A stretch of DNA of 64,000 nucleotides from the human T2T-CHM13v2.0 reference genome, Homo sapiens: assembly GCF_009914755.1 (NCBI RefSeq), contig NC_060947.1; one strand, 5' to 3'. Under the pieces are notes generated by a model that saw only the letters and a list, made by a program, of their open reading frames with translations, was not told where the DNA came from and made no database searches. The position numbers and the translations under genes were made by a program. Shown here piece by piece: positions 13,793-32,222 of the stretch (its first letter is position 1; each line of letters begins with the position of its first letter).

Positions 13793-14814
13793 TAGGACAC
13801 AGGGGTGGAGCCAAGATGGCTGAATAGGAACAGCTCCAGTCTACAGCTCCCAGAGTGAGCGATGCAGAAGACAAATGATTTCTGCATTTCCAACTGAGGT
13901 ACTGGGTTGATCTCACTGGGGAGTGCCAGACAGTGGGTGCAGCGCACCGTGCATGAGCCAAAGCATGGCGAGGCATCGCCTCACCCGGGAAGCCCAGGGG
14001 GTGGGGGAATTCCCTTTCCTAGTCAAAGAAAGGTGTCAGAGATGGCACCTGGAAAATCGGGTCACTCCCACCCTAATACTGCGCTTTTCCAAAGGGCTTA
14101 ATGAACGGCACACCAGGAGATTACATCCCGCACCTGGCTAGGAGGGTCCTACGGCCACAGAGCCTTGCTCATTGCTAGCACAGCAGTCTGAGATCAAACT
14201 GCAAGGTGGCAGCGAGGCGGGGGGAAGAGCACCCGCCACTGCCCAGGATTCAGTAGGTAAACAAAGCAGCCAGGAAGCTTGAACTGGGTGGAGCCCACCA
14301 CAGCTCAAGGAGGCCTGCCTGCCTCTCTAGGCTCCACCTCTGGGGGCAGGGCACAGACAAACAAAAGATAGCAATAATCTCTTCACATTTAAATGTCCCT
14401 GTCTGACAGCTTTGAAGAGAGTAGTGGTTCTCCTAGAATGCAGCTTGAGATCTGAGAACAGGCAGACTGCCTCCTCAAGTTGGTCCCTGACCCCCGGGTA
14501 GCCAAACTGGGAGGCACCCCCGAGTACGGGCAGACTGACATGTCACAGAGCCGGGTACTCCTCTGAGACAAAACTTCCAGAGGAACGATCAGGCAACAGC
14601 ATTTGCTGTTCACCAATATCCGCTGTTCTGCAGCCACCGCTGCTGATACCCAGGCAATCAGGGTCTGGAGTGGACCTCCAGTAAACTCCAACAGACCTGC
14701 AGCTGAGGGTCCTGACTGTTAGAAGGAAAACTAACAAACAGAAAGGACATCCACACCAAAAACCCATCTGTAGGTCACCATCATCAAAGACCAAAGGTAG
14801 ATAAAACCACAAAG

Positions 14815-15831
14815 ATGGGGAAAAAACAGAGCAGAAAAACCGGAAACTCTAAAAATCACAGCGCCTCACCTCTTCCAAAGGAATGCAGCTCCTCACCAGC
14901 AAAGGAACAAAGCTGGATGGAGAATGACTTTGACAAGTTGAGAGAAGAAGGCTTCAGAAGATCAAACTACTCCAAGCTAAAGGAGGAAGTTTGAACCAAT
15001 GGCAAAGAATTTAAAAACTTTGAAAAAAACTTAGACCAATGGATAACTAGAATAACCAATGCAGAGGAGTCCTTAAAGGACCTCATGGAGCTGAAAACCA
15101 TGGCACAAGAACTATGTGACGAATGCACAAGCCTCAGTAACCGATGCGATCAACTGGAAGAAAGGGTATCAGCGATGGAAGACAAAATGAATGAAATGAA
15201 GAGTGAAGAGAAGTTTAGAGAAAAAAGAATAAAAAGAAACGAACAAAGGCTCCAAGAAATATGGTACTATGGGAAAAGACCAAATCTACATCTAATTGGT
15301 GTACCTGAAAGTGATGGGGAGAATGGAACCAAGGTGGAAAACACTCTGCAGGATTTTATCCAGGAGAACTTCCCCAATCTAGCAAGGCAGGCCAATATTC
15401 AAATTCAGGAAATACAGAGAATACCACAAAGATACTCCTCGAGCAGAGCAACTCCAAGACACATAATTGTCCTATTCACCAAAGTTGAAATGAAAGAAAA
15501 AATGTTAAGAGCAGACAGAGAGAAAGGTCGGGTTACCCACAAAGGGAAGCCCATCAGACTAACAGCTGATCTCTCTGCAGAAACCCTACAAGCTAGAAGA
15601 GAGTGGGGGCCAATATTCAACATTCTTAAAGAAAAGAATTTTCAACCCAGAATTTCATATCCAGCCAAACTAAGCTTCATAAGTGAAGCAGAAATAAAAT
15701 CCTTTACAGACAAGCAAATGCTGAGAGATTTTGTCACCACCAGGCCTGCCTTACAGGAGCTCCTGAAGGAAGCAATAAACATGAAAAGGAACAACCAGTA
15801 CCAGCCACTGCAAAAACATGCCAAATTGTAA
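14815..15831 (+). pseudogene. L1 ORF1p, 338-codon frame with one premature stop
   Basis: ATG GGG AAA AAA CAG at 14815; in-frame TGA at 14992-14994 (codon 60); same frame ends ..QPLQKHAKL* at 15831. Confidence 0.9.
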
Positions 15832-15894
15832 AGACCATCGAGGCTAGGAAGAAACTGCATCAACTAATGAGCAAGATAACCAGCTAACATCATA

Positions 15895-19770
<3,876 letters not shown>

Positions 19771-21971
19771 ACAATGAGAACTCATGGACACAGGAAGGGG
19801 AACATCACACACTGTGGCCTGTTGTGGGGTGGGGGGAGTGGGGTGCAGCACACCAAGATGGCACATGTATACATATGTAACAAACCTGCACGTTGTGCAC
19901 TTGTACCCTAAAACTGAAAGTATAAAAGAAAAAAAGACTACTATGAGACATTATATGCCAACAAATTGGGTAATCTGAAAGAAACGGATAAAGTTCCAGA
20001 AACATGCAACCTATTAACAGAGAATCATGAAGAAATAGAATCTGAACAGACCTATAACTAGTAAGGAAATTGAATCAGTAACTAAAAACTTTTATCAAAG
20101 AAAAGCACAGGATGTGATGGCTTTACTGAATAATTCTAACAGACATTTATAGAAGAATCGTTACCAATCCTTCTCAAATGCTTCAGAAAAAATCAATAGG
20201 AGGCAATATTTCCAAATTCCTATTTGATGCTCCAATAGCATCAAAAAATAAAATGGGAAAAACATAATTAATGAAGTCAATGGCTAATACACTGTAAACA
20301 AGAAAATATTGCTGAAAGAAGTTAAAGACGACACAAATAAATGGAAAACATTACATGTTCCTGTATTGGAAGAATTAATATTAAGATATCCAAAGCAATC
20401 TACAAGCTCAATGCAATCCCTACCAAAATACCATGGGATTTTAAATGAAAATAGAAAAACAAGCCTAAAATTCATATGGAACCACGAAACACCCCAAATA
20501 GCCAAAACAATCTTGAGAAAGAAAAAAAGCACAAGGCCTCATACTTCCTGACTTCAAAATATATTACAAATCTACAGTAATCAAAACAGTATGGTACCTG
20601 CATAAAGACAGACATATAAACCATATAAACAGAATAGAGAACCCAGAAATAAACACAGGCTATACAGTCAAATGATCTTTGGTGGGGGTGCCAAGACTAT
20701 ACAAAAGAGAAAGAATAGTCTCTTTAACAAATGGTGTTGGTAAAACTGAATATCCACATGCAAAAGAGGAAAATTGCACCCTAATCTTATAGTATATATA
20801 AAAAAACTGAAAATAGATGAAAAACGTAATTGTAAACCTGAAACTAAAACTCCTAGAAGAAAACATGGGGAAAGCTTTGTAATACTGGTCTTGGCAATGA
20901 TTTCCTAGATATGACACTAAAGCACCAGCACCAAAACCAAAACTAGACAAGTGGGACTGCATTAAACTAAACATTTTCTGTATAGCAAAAGAAACAAACA
21001 AGAGTGAAAAGGCAACCTACAGAATGGGAGAACATGTTTGCAAACCAATATATGATAAGAGAACATTATCCAAATATATCCAACATATATAAAGAACTCC
21101 TACAACTCAGCAAAAATCTCAAATAACTCAATTTAAAGAATCACCAAGGGACTTGAATTTTTCCAAAGACGACACACAAATAGCAAACAGATATATGAAA
21201 AGATGTTCAATATCATTAATCATCAGAAAAATGCAAATTAGATCCACAATAAGATATCACCTAGTGCCTGTTAAGATGGCCATTATTAAAACAAACAAAA
21301 CAACAGGAGTGTTGGTGAGGATGTGGAGAAATTGGAACTCTGCATTGTTGGTGGGAATGTAAAATGGTGCCACTGCTATAAATAAGAGTATGGACACTCC
21401 TAAAAAATTAAAAATAGAACTACTACATAATCCAGCAATCTTACTTCTGGGTATCTATCTGAAAAATCAGAAGCAGGATCTCAAAGAGATATTTGCACTC
21501 ATATGTTCGTTGCAGCATTATTCACAATAGCCAAGGGGTCAAAACAACCTAAATAACTATTGATGGATGACAGGATTAAAAACGTGGTATACACAAACAA
21601 TGGAATATTATTCAGCCTTTAAAAGGAAGGAAATTTGGTTATATGCTACAACATGGATGAATCTTGAGGACATTATACCAAGTGAAATAAGGTAGTCATA
21701 GGACAAATACTGCACAATTCCTCTTGTATGTGGTATTTAAAGCAGTCAAACATATAGAAGCAGGAAGTAGAATAATGGTGGCTGGAGGCTTGGGAAAAGG
21801 GAAAATGCAACGTTGCTGTTCAATGGGTATTGAGTTTTCTTCTGCAGGATGAAAAAGTTCTAGAGATCTGTTGCACAGCAATGTGTGTATAGTTAATAAT
21901 GCTGTAGTGTGCACTTAATAATTTGTTAGGAGTATAGATCTCAAGAGGTTTTTACCACAGTAAAAAAGAAA

Positions 21972-22550
21972 ACAGAATAATTTCATTTATAATAGCATCC
22001 AAAGAATAAAATATTTAGGAGTAAAATTTTGAAAGATGTGGAAGACATGTACATTGAAAATTATAAAACATCATTGAAATAAATTAAAGGATGACCTAGG
22101 TAAATGAAAACAAATGCCATTCTCATGGATTGAAAGACTTAATATTATTAAGATGGCAATACTCCCCAAATTATAGTACATAGATACAATGGAATATTAT
22201 TCAGCCATAAAAAGAAAGTACTGTTACATGCTGCAAGATGGATGAACCTTGAAAACATACTCAGTGAAAGAAGCCAGACACAAAAGGCCTCATACTATAT
22301 GATTCCATTCATATAAAATGTCCAGAATAGGGAAATCCATAGAGCTAGAGAGTAGATTAGTGGTTTCCAGGGTATGGGGAGGTAGGAATTGAATCTAGTT
22401 GCTAACAGATCTGATTATTCTTGTGATGTAAATATTCTGGTATTATATAGTGGTGATGGTTGCACATAATGAATATACTGAAAACCACTGAAGTGCAAAC
22501 TTTAACATTGTAAATTTTATATTATGTGAATTATATCTCAGTTAAAAAAA
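21972..22550 (+). mobile_element. Continuation of the host L1M, with an L1MB-like 3' end
   Basis: catttataatagcatc..aatattattaagatggcaatactcccc, then gaaagaagccagacacaaaaggc..tgtgaattatatctc. Confidence 0.7.
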
Positions 22551-23815
22551 CACTATGAGATACCTTAACACAGCCACCAGAATGGTTAATATTAAAAACG
22601 CTCCAAAACCAAATATTATGAATGATGTGGAGCAACTGGAAATCTCATGCACTGGTGGGAATGTAAAATGGTACAACCACTTTACAAAATTTGACAGTTC
22701 TTTTCCAGTTAAACATATGCATTTCCTATGACCCAGGAATCTACACCTAAGTTGTTACTCATGAAGAATTTAAACATATGTGCCCGCAAAGACTTGTAGA
22801 CAAATACTCATAGCTGATTTATTCATAATAGCCCCCATCTGGAAATAATCCATACTTCCATAACTTTACAGACTGTGATGTATTCATACAATAGGTACTA
22901 CTCAGCAATAAAAGGAATGAAATTATACATGTAGCAACATGAATGAAGCTATAACATATAATGAGTAAAAATTTATACATTACATTGTTTAATTTATCTG
23001 AAATTCTAGATTATACACTATGTTATTTCATTTCTATAAAAATCTAGAACAGGCAAAACTACTTTATGTTAGGGAAAATCAGTGATTTCTCTACAGGACT
23101 GGAGCTGGGCATTGTTGGAGAAAGGTTATTAGGGAACTTTCTGAGGTGATGCTAACATTTTATATTGTGATGGGGTTTGGGTTACACAGATGTATCCATT
23201 TTCCAAAATTTAGTGAATGTACAATATGACTTGTGCATTTCATTTTATGTAGTTTTTTTGAGACAGGGTATTTCTCTGTCACCCAGGCTGAAATGAAGTG
23301 GCATGATCATGGTTCACTGTAGCCTTGACCTCCCAGGCTCAAGCAATCCTTCCACCTCAGCCTTCTGAGTCTAGAGGTGTGTGTCACCATGCCTGACTAA
23401 TTTTTTAATTTTTTCTGTTTGTAGAGATGAGGTTTTGCTGTGTCCCAGACTGGTCCCAGACTCCTGGGCTCAAGTCAAGTGATCCTCCTATCTCAGCCTT
23501 CCAAATTTCTGGGATTACAGACGTGAGCCATCACACTTGGCCTCATTTAATGTAAATTTCTAATAAACAGCTAATCAGTATTGAACTCTAGTTAATTATA
23601 TGCATGCTGATGCGTTTACAGTGAAATGTGCTGATGTCTGCAACTTACTTTGAAATGAAGCAAAACATAAGGTGAATTAATAGATAGCTGGACAGATATA
23701 TGATAAAGCAACTATAGCAAACTATTCATGTTAGAATCAAAGTGATGAGTATTCACATGTTTATCATAATGCTTTCTGATTTTAATGTGTGTTTGAAAAA
23801 ATCATCATAAAATTT
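22551..23815 (+). mobile_element. Old L1 (L1MC/MD-like) 3' region
   Basis: gatgtggagcaactggaaatctcatgcactggtgggaatgtaaaatggtacaaccacttt plus a degenerate 3'UTR. Confidence 0.65.
23253..23542 (-). mobile_element. AluJ-type element
   Basis: Reverse Alu; TSD tcattttatgta/tcatttaatgta. Confidence 0.88.
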
Positions 23816-24037
23816 TTCCAGAAAATCCAAACTTAGATACATCCTTGTGAAATTCCATACCCTCAATGAGAGAGGATCCTACAATCTCCCGGAAACAAAA
23901 CAAAAACAAAACACAAATATGGAACAAAGGACCAAAAATCAAAATGGCACCAAAATAAGATCAGTATTGGACCTCTCCTTAGTAACTGTGGTTAACAGAA
24001 GGCAGTGGAGAAATTCCCTCAAAATTCTGGGAAAATT

Positions 24038-24322
<285 letters not shown>

Positions 24323-25109
24323 AGGTTTACCTATCTTTGAATTTATCACTAACAAAAGCTATAAGATTACTTACATAAAGGATTAGAATAATCAGTTGCC
24401 CGGGCATAGTGGCAAATCATCTCATGACTGTGAGGGGAACACAGCCTTGGAATAAATTTGATACTATGGAGAGAGGCAGAAAGACTCCAAAACTTCGATG
24501 TTACCTTGTAATCACTGATGAACCAACCTTTAAGCTTGCCTTCCCTATGGACTTTCTCTTATGTAACCTAATGTATTTCCTCATTGTTTAAATAAACTTG
24601 TTAAACTCTTTGTTGCTTGGAGCCAAGCATCCTGATACAAAAAGCATGCATTACTTTTGTGAGGAAAAAATAAGTGAGTAACTTCAAGAAATAAAAAAGA
24701 GATGTACAAGAAAGTCATGAGCTAGATAGGAAGCAATCCATGAAGAATAAGAAAAGAGAATGTTATTTGGTATTGATGATCAGAACATTCTTAAAATAGC
24801 ATGATTTTAGAGACATACAATTAGATTTCCTTCTCTGTGGGCTCAATTACACTACATGATTCTGCAGTAAACAATATTAGTATAATCCTAATAGTGTAAA
24901 TACTGTTGTTTTTGGTATTTTATAAATAATAAGCAAAGCTTAGGCAGCATAACTATATCTATAGAAAAATTTAAGTGCCATAAATCTGGAGAGTTATAAA
25001 ATTTTATCTGACATAGATTCTGGAGGTAGAGAGAGGATAGGGAATGAGGGAAAATGAGGAGTTTAAATTATCTTATGTAAAGAGAGTCAAATGATAATCT
25101 CTAAGGTGA

Positions 25110-25330
25110 GGACTGCCTGAGTTCCAGTACTGGCTCTACCACTTATTAGCTTTGTGAACTTGGGCAAATTATTTAATCTCTCTGTGCCTCAGTTTCCTTA
25201 TCTATAAAATGAGGAAAATAATAGTACCTACGTCACAAGATTGTTAGTAAGAGAAGTAAACTAATATTGTATAAAGAGCTTAAAAAAATCTGTCATTTAG
25301 TAAGTGTTCAGTAAATATAGGTACTATTAT
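25110..25330 (+). mobile_element. MIR
   Basis: gtgaacttgggcaaattatttaatctctctgtgcctcagtttccttatctataaaatgagg core. Confidence 0.85.
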
Positions 25331-25443
25331 TTCTGTTATCTATCCAGAAACTGTGGTTAAAGTATACTATTGAAAGTTACAAAAGTAATTCATAGGAGAA
25401 TTTAAAATAATATTAACTCTAAAAATATGGGAGATAGTAGTAA

Positions 25444-25782
<339 letters not shown>

Positions 25783-26113
25783 TAAATGAGCTAATTTCTT
25801 ACCTTTCTTACCTTGGGTAAGGTACAAGTTATTAAAACAAAGAAATAGATAAGCATATTATTTAAGGTTACAGAGTAAACCACTTGAAGAATTAAAACTA
25901 AAAATGGTTAAAAATAGCTAACTCTGGGATGTGAGCCAGGAAGAAGAACCAGAGATTTTACTTTTAATTTCATATACTCTGTTTTGTTTGAAAATTTTCA
26001 CTATTTGCATGTATTACTAATGTAAAAGTCTAATCTAATAAAATATAGCTTTTTTTTCAAGTGACTGTCTCTCTTGTTAGGCAGTAGGTGCTAAACTGAG
26101 GGTTATTTTTTTC

Positions 26114-27468
<1,355 letters not shown>

Positions 27469-27973
27469 AAACTTTTTATTTTGAAATAATTGTAGATTCA
27501 CAAGAAGACGCAAAGATAGTACATTCACAAGAAGACGCAAAGATAGTACTGATTTCATTTTACATAACTATAGAAAAACCAGAAAACTGAAATTGGTCAA
27601 GACTAGGAAACTGAAATTGGTACAACACTTGTGTATAATTCTGTCTTTTTTTTCCTCATGTATAGATATGTGTAGCCATCACAGTAATTAAGAGACGGAA
27701 CTATTTCATCACCACAAAACCTCCTTCATATTATCCTTTATAGTTACATACACCTCTTTGCCACATCCCTAAACTCTGGCAACCACTAACACTAAACTGT
27801 TCTCCATCTATGTAATTTTGTTATTTCAAGAATGTTATATAAATGGAACCATGCAGTGTGATCTTTTGATATGGGCCTTTTACATTCAGCACAATATCCT
27901 TCAGCTCCATTTGAGTTTTTGTGTGTATCAATAGTTCATTCCCTTTTAGTGCTGAATAGTAGTCCCTGGTGTA

Positions 27974-28628
27974 TGTCTTAGTTCATTTTGTGTTGCTGTA
28001 AAGGAATACCTGAGGCTGGGTAATTTATAAGAGGTTTATTTGGCTCACAGTTCTGCAGGCTGTACAAGAAGTGTGGTGCCAGCATCCCCCTCTACTGAGG
28101 GTTTCAGGCTGCTTCCACTCATGTCAGAAGGTGAAGGGGAACCAGCCTGTACGTAAATCACATGGTGAGAAAGGAAGAAAGAGAGAAGGTGGACATGCCA
28201 GGTTCTTCTTAATGACCAGCTCTTGTGGAACTAATAGTGAGAACTCACCCTCCCTCCCAGGGGGATGTTAATCTATTCACAAAGGATCTGCCCCCATGAC
28301 ACAAACACCTCCCATTAGGCCCCACCCCCAACAACTGGGATCAAATATCAACATGAGATTTGGAGGGGGCAAAAATCTTGGGATGTTCAATATTTTGGCT
28401 TCCCTGAGCCACACTGGAAGAAGAATTGTCTTGGGCCACACACAAAATACAGTAACACTAACGATAGCTGATTAGCTAAAAAAAAAAAAAGAAAAAAAAA
28501 CCCTAAAAAAATCTCATAATGTTTTAAGAAAGTTTACGAATTTCTGTTGGGCTGCATTCAAAGCTGTCCTGGACCTTATGTAGCCCACCGGCTGTGGGTT
28601 GGACAAACTCGATCTAAACTATAGGAAT
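27974..28628. mobile_element. MaLR LTR, MSTB-like (MER30 inserted near one end)
   Basis: tgtcttagttcattttgtgttgctgtaaaggaatacctgaggctgggtaatttat...acacctcccattaggccccacc. Confidence 0.82.
28379..28611. mobile_element. MER30 (hAT-Charlie MITE)
   Basis: ttttggcttccctgagccacactggaagaagaattgtcttgggccacac...gggttggacaaactcg. Confidence 0.85.
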
Positions 28629-29882
28629 ATAGACATGCCACAGTTTGATTAACCGTTTACCTATTGAAGGACACTTGGTTGTTTCCAGTTTTTGGCTATT
28701 ATAAATAAAGCTGCTATTAACCATCATGTCCAGGTTTTGTGTGAATGTAAATGTTCATTTTTCTGGGATAGATCTCCAGCAGTACAGTGGCTAGGTCATG
28801 TGGTAATTATATGTTATAGATTTGAGAAACTGCCAAACTATTTTTCAGAGCAGCTGTACCATATTAAATTTTCACCAGCAATGTTTGAATGATCCAATTT
28901 CTCTGCATCCTTTCCAAAATTTGGTATTGTCACTGTTTTTCATTTTGTCTATTCCAATAAGTGTGTAGTGATATCTTGTTGTGATTTTAATTTGCATTTC
29001 CCTAATAGCTAGTGAAGTTAAATATATTTTCATGTAGGTTTTTTGCCATCTGCTTACCTTGTTTATTTCAGCATTTGTTCAAATCGTTTGCCCATTTTCA
29101 AATTGGATATTTGTTTTCTTGTTCAGTTTTGAGAGATCTTTATATACCCTACATATGAGATCTTTGCGAGATTTGCGTCTTGCAAGCATTTTCTCCCAGT
29201 TTTAACTTATCTCTTAATCCTCTTAGCAGAATGTCTCACAGACTAAAAGTTTTAAACTTTAATTAAGTCCAATTTATACATTTTTAAATAGATTGTGCTT
29301 TTTGTGTCATGTCAAAAAATTCTTCATCAATCACTAGGTCCCAAAGATGATTGATAGCTTTATGTTCTGTATTTAAATCTTGATCTATTTTGAATTCAGT
29401 TTTATGATGTGTGAGTTTTATTTTTTGCCTATGGATATGCAGTTGTTCCAGCATCATTTATTGAAAATGCTATCCTTCCTCCATTAAATATATTTGCACC
29501 TTTTTCAAAAATCAGTTGAGCATAATTTTTCACTTCTATTTATGGGTTCCCTGTTTTGTTCCATTCATCTATATGCGTCTCCCTCTGCAAGCACCACACT
29601 CTCTTGATTCCTCTAGCTATATTGTAAGCCTTACAATTGGGTAGAATACTTCCTCCTATTTTATTCTTCTTTGTCAAGATTGTTTTAGCTCTTCTACGGC
29701 TTGTGCATAAATTTTAGAATAAGCTTGATTATAAAATTGTCAAATCTCAACAAAATTGTCAACTAACCTATAAATCAGTTTAGGGAGAATTGATGTCTTT
29801 ACTCTGTTAAATCTTCCAATCCATCAGCACAATATTTCTTTCCATTTATTAAGATATTCCTTCTTTTCTTCATCAGTGTTTT

Positions 29883-30177
29883 GTAGTGTTTTGTTTTTTA
29901 GAGACAGGATCTTGCTCTGTTGCCCAGGTTGGAGTGCAGTGGTGCAATCATAGCTCAATGTGACCTTGAACTTCTGGGCTGAAGTTATCCTCCTGCCTCG
30001 GCCTTCCACAGGCACTCACCGCCATGCCTGGCTAACTATTTTTTTGGGGGGTGGGGGTGGTGGAGACAAGGACACACTATGTTGTTTAAGCTGGTTTCAA
30101 ACTCCTGGCCCCAGGCAATCCTCCTGCCTCAGCCTCCCAAAGTGCTTGGATTATAGGCATGACCATTGCACCTGGTC
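29883..30177 (-). mobile_element. AluJ-type element
   Basis: Reverse diverged Alu. Confidence 0.85.
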
Positions 30178-30222
30178 TGTTTTGTATTTTTCAGCATACA
30201 AATCCTATACATGTACTTTTGC

Positions 30223-30554
<332 letters not shown>

Positions 30555-31006
30555 TAAATACATGTTTCAAGTTTATTTATCTTAAATTGGTAGACACAAT
30601 TTCAGATATTGCTTCAACATACTTATTTCATTTCTTTTGGAAGTGTACCCAGAAGTGGGATTGCTGGATCATATGGTAGCTATATTTTTAATTTTTTGAG
30701 GACCCTCCATACTGTTTTCCATATTGGCTGTACTGATTTACATCCCCACTAATAGTGTACGACGTTCTCTTTTCTCTATATTCTTGCCAATATTTTTAAA
30801 ATCTTTCATTAAAATTTTCTTTTATTTTAATGTTTGTGAGTACATAGTAGGTATATATATTTATGGGGTACATGAGATGTTTTGATACAGGCATGCAATG
30901 TGTAATCACATCATGTAAAATGAGGTATCCATTCCCTCAAGTATTTATCCTTTGTGTTACAAGCAATCCAAGTATACTCTTTTAGTTATTTAAAAATGTA
31001 CAATGA

Positions 31007-31319
31007 GGCTGGGCGCGGTGACTCATGCCTGTAATCCCAGAACTTTGGGAGGCCTAGGTGGGTGGATCACTTGAGGCCAGGAGTTTGAGACCAAACCGGG
31101 CAACATGGTGAAACCCCGTCTCTACTAAAAATACAAAAATTAGCCAGGCATGGTGGTGTGCACTTGTAATCACAGCTGCTTAAGAGTCTGAGGCATGAGA
31201 ATTGCTTGAACCTGGGAGGCGAAGGTTTCAGTGAGCCAAGATTGCGCCACTGCACTCCAGCCTGGGTGACAGAGCAAGACTCGGTCTCAACAACAACAAC
31301 AAAATAATAAAAAATAAAA
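31007..31319 (+). mobile_element. AluS-type element
   Basis: Dimeric Alu; aaaatgtacaat duplicated on both sides. Confidence 0.92.
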
Positions 31320-31777
31320 TAAAATGTACAATTAAATTATTACTGACTATAGTCACTTGTTGTGCTGTCAAATACTAGGTCTTATTCATTCTTTCTATTA
31401 TTTTGTACTCATTAACCATCCTCACCTCATCCACAACCCTCCACTACCCTTCCTAGCCTCTGGTAACCATCCTTCTATTCTCTATCTCCATGAGTTCAAT
31501 TGTTTTGATTTTCAGACCCCCAGGAGAAGTGAGAACATGTGATGTTTGTCTTTCTGTGCCTGGCTTATTTCACTTAGCGTAATGACCTCCAGTTCCATCT
31601 AAGTCATTGTAAATGGCTGGATCGCCTTCTTTTTTATGGCAGAATGGTACTCAGTTGTGTAAAGTACCACATTTACTTTATTCATCTGTTGATGGACACT
31701 TAAGTTACTTCTGAATCTTGGCTATTGTGAACAGTGCTGCAACAAACATGGGAGTGCAGATATCTCTGGTATACTGA

Positions 31778-32222
31778 TTTTCCTTCTTTCCTTCCTTCCT
31801 TCCTTCCTTCTCCCTTTCCTTTCCTTTCCTTTCTTCCTTCCTTCCTTCTTTCCTTTCCCTTCCTTCCCTTCTCCTTCCTTCTTTTCTCTCCTCTCCTCTC
31901 CTGTTTCCTTCCTTCCTTCCTTCCTTACTTCCTTCCTTCCTCTTTTCTTTTTGAGCCAGAATCTTGCTCTGTCACCCAGGTTGGAGTGCAGTGGCATGAT
32001 CTTGGCTCACTGAAACCTCCACCTCCCAGGTTCAAGTGATTCTCCTGCCTCAGCCTCCCGAGCAGCTGGGACTACAGGCACGTGCCACCACGCCCGGCTA
32101 AATTTGGTATTTTTAGTAGAGATGGGGTTTCACCCTGTTAGCCAGGATGGTCTCGATTGTGATCCGCCTGCCTCGGCCTATCAAAGTGCTGGGATTACAG
32201 GCGTGAGCCACCACGCCTGGCA
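31778..32222 (-). mobile_element. AluSc/Y-like element with a ~170-bp (CTTC)n-type expanded tail
   Basis: Pyrimidine tract 31778-31952 followed by a reverse Alu body. Confidence 0.9.
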
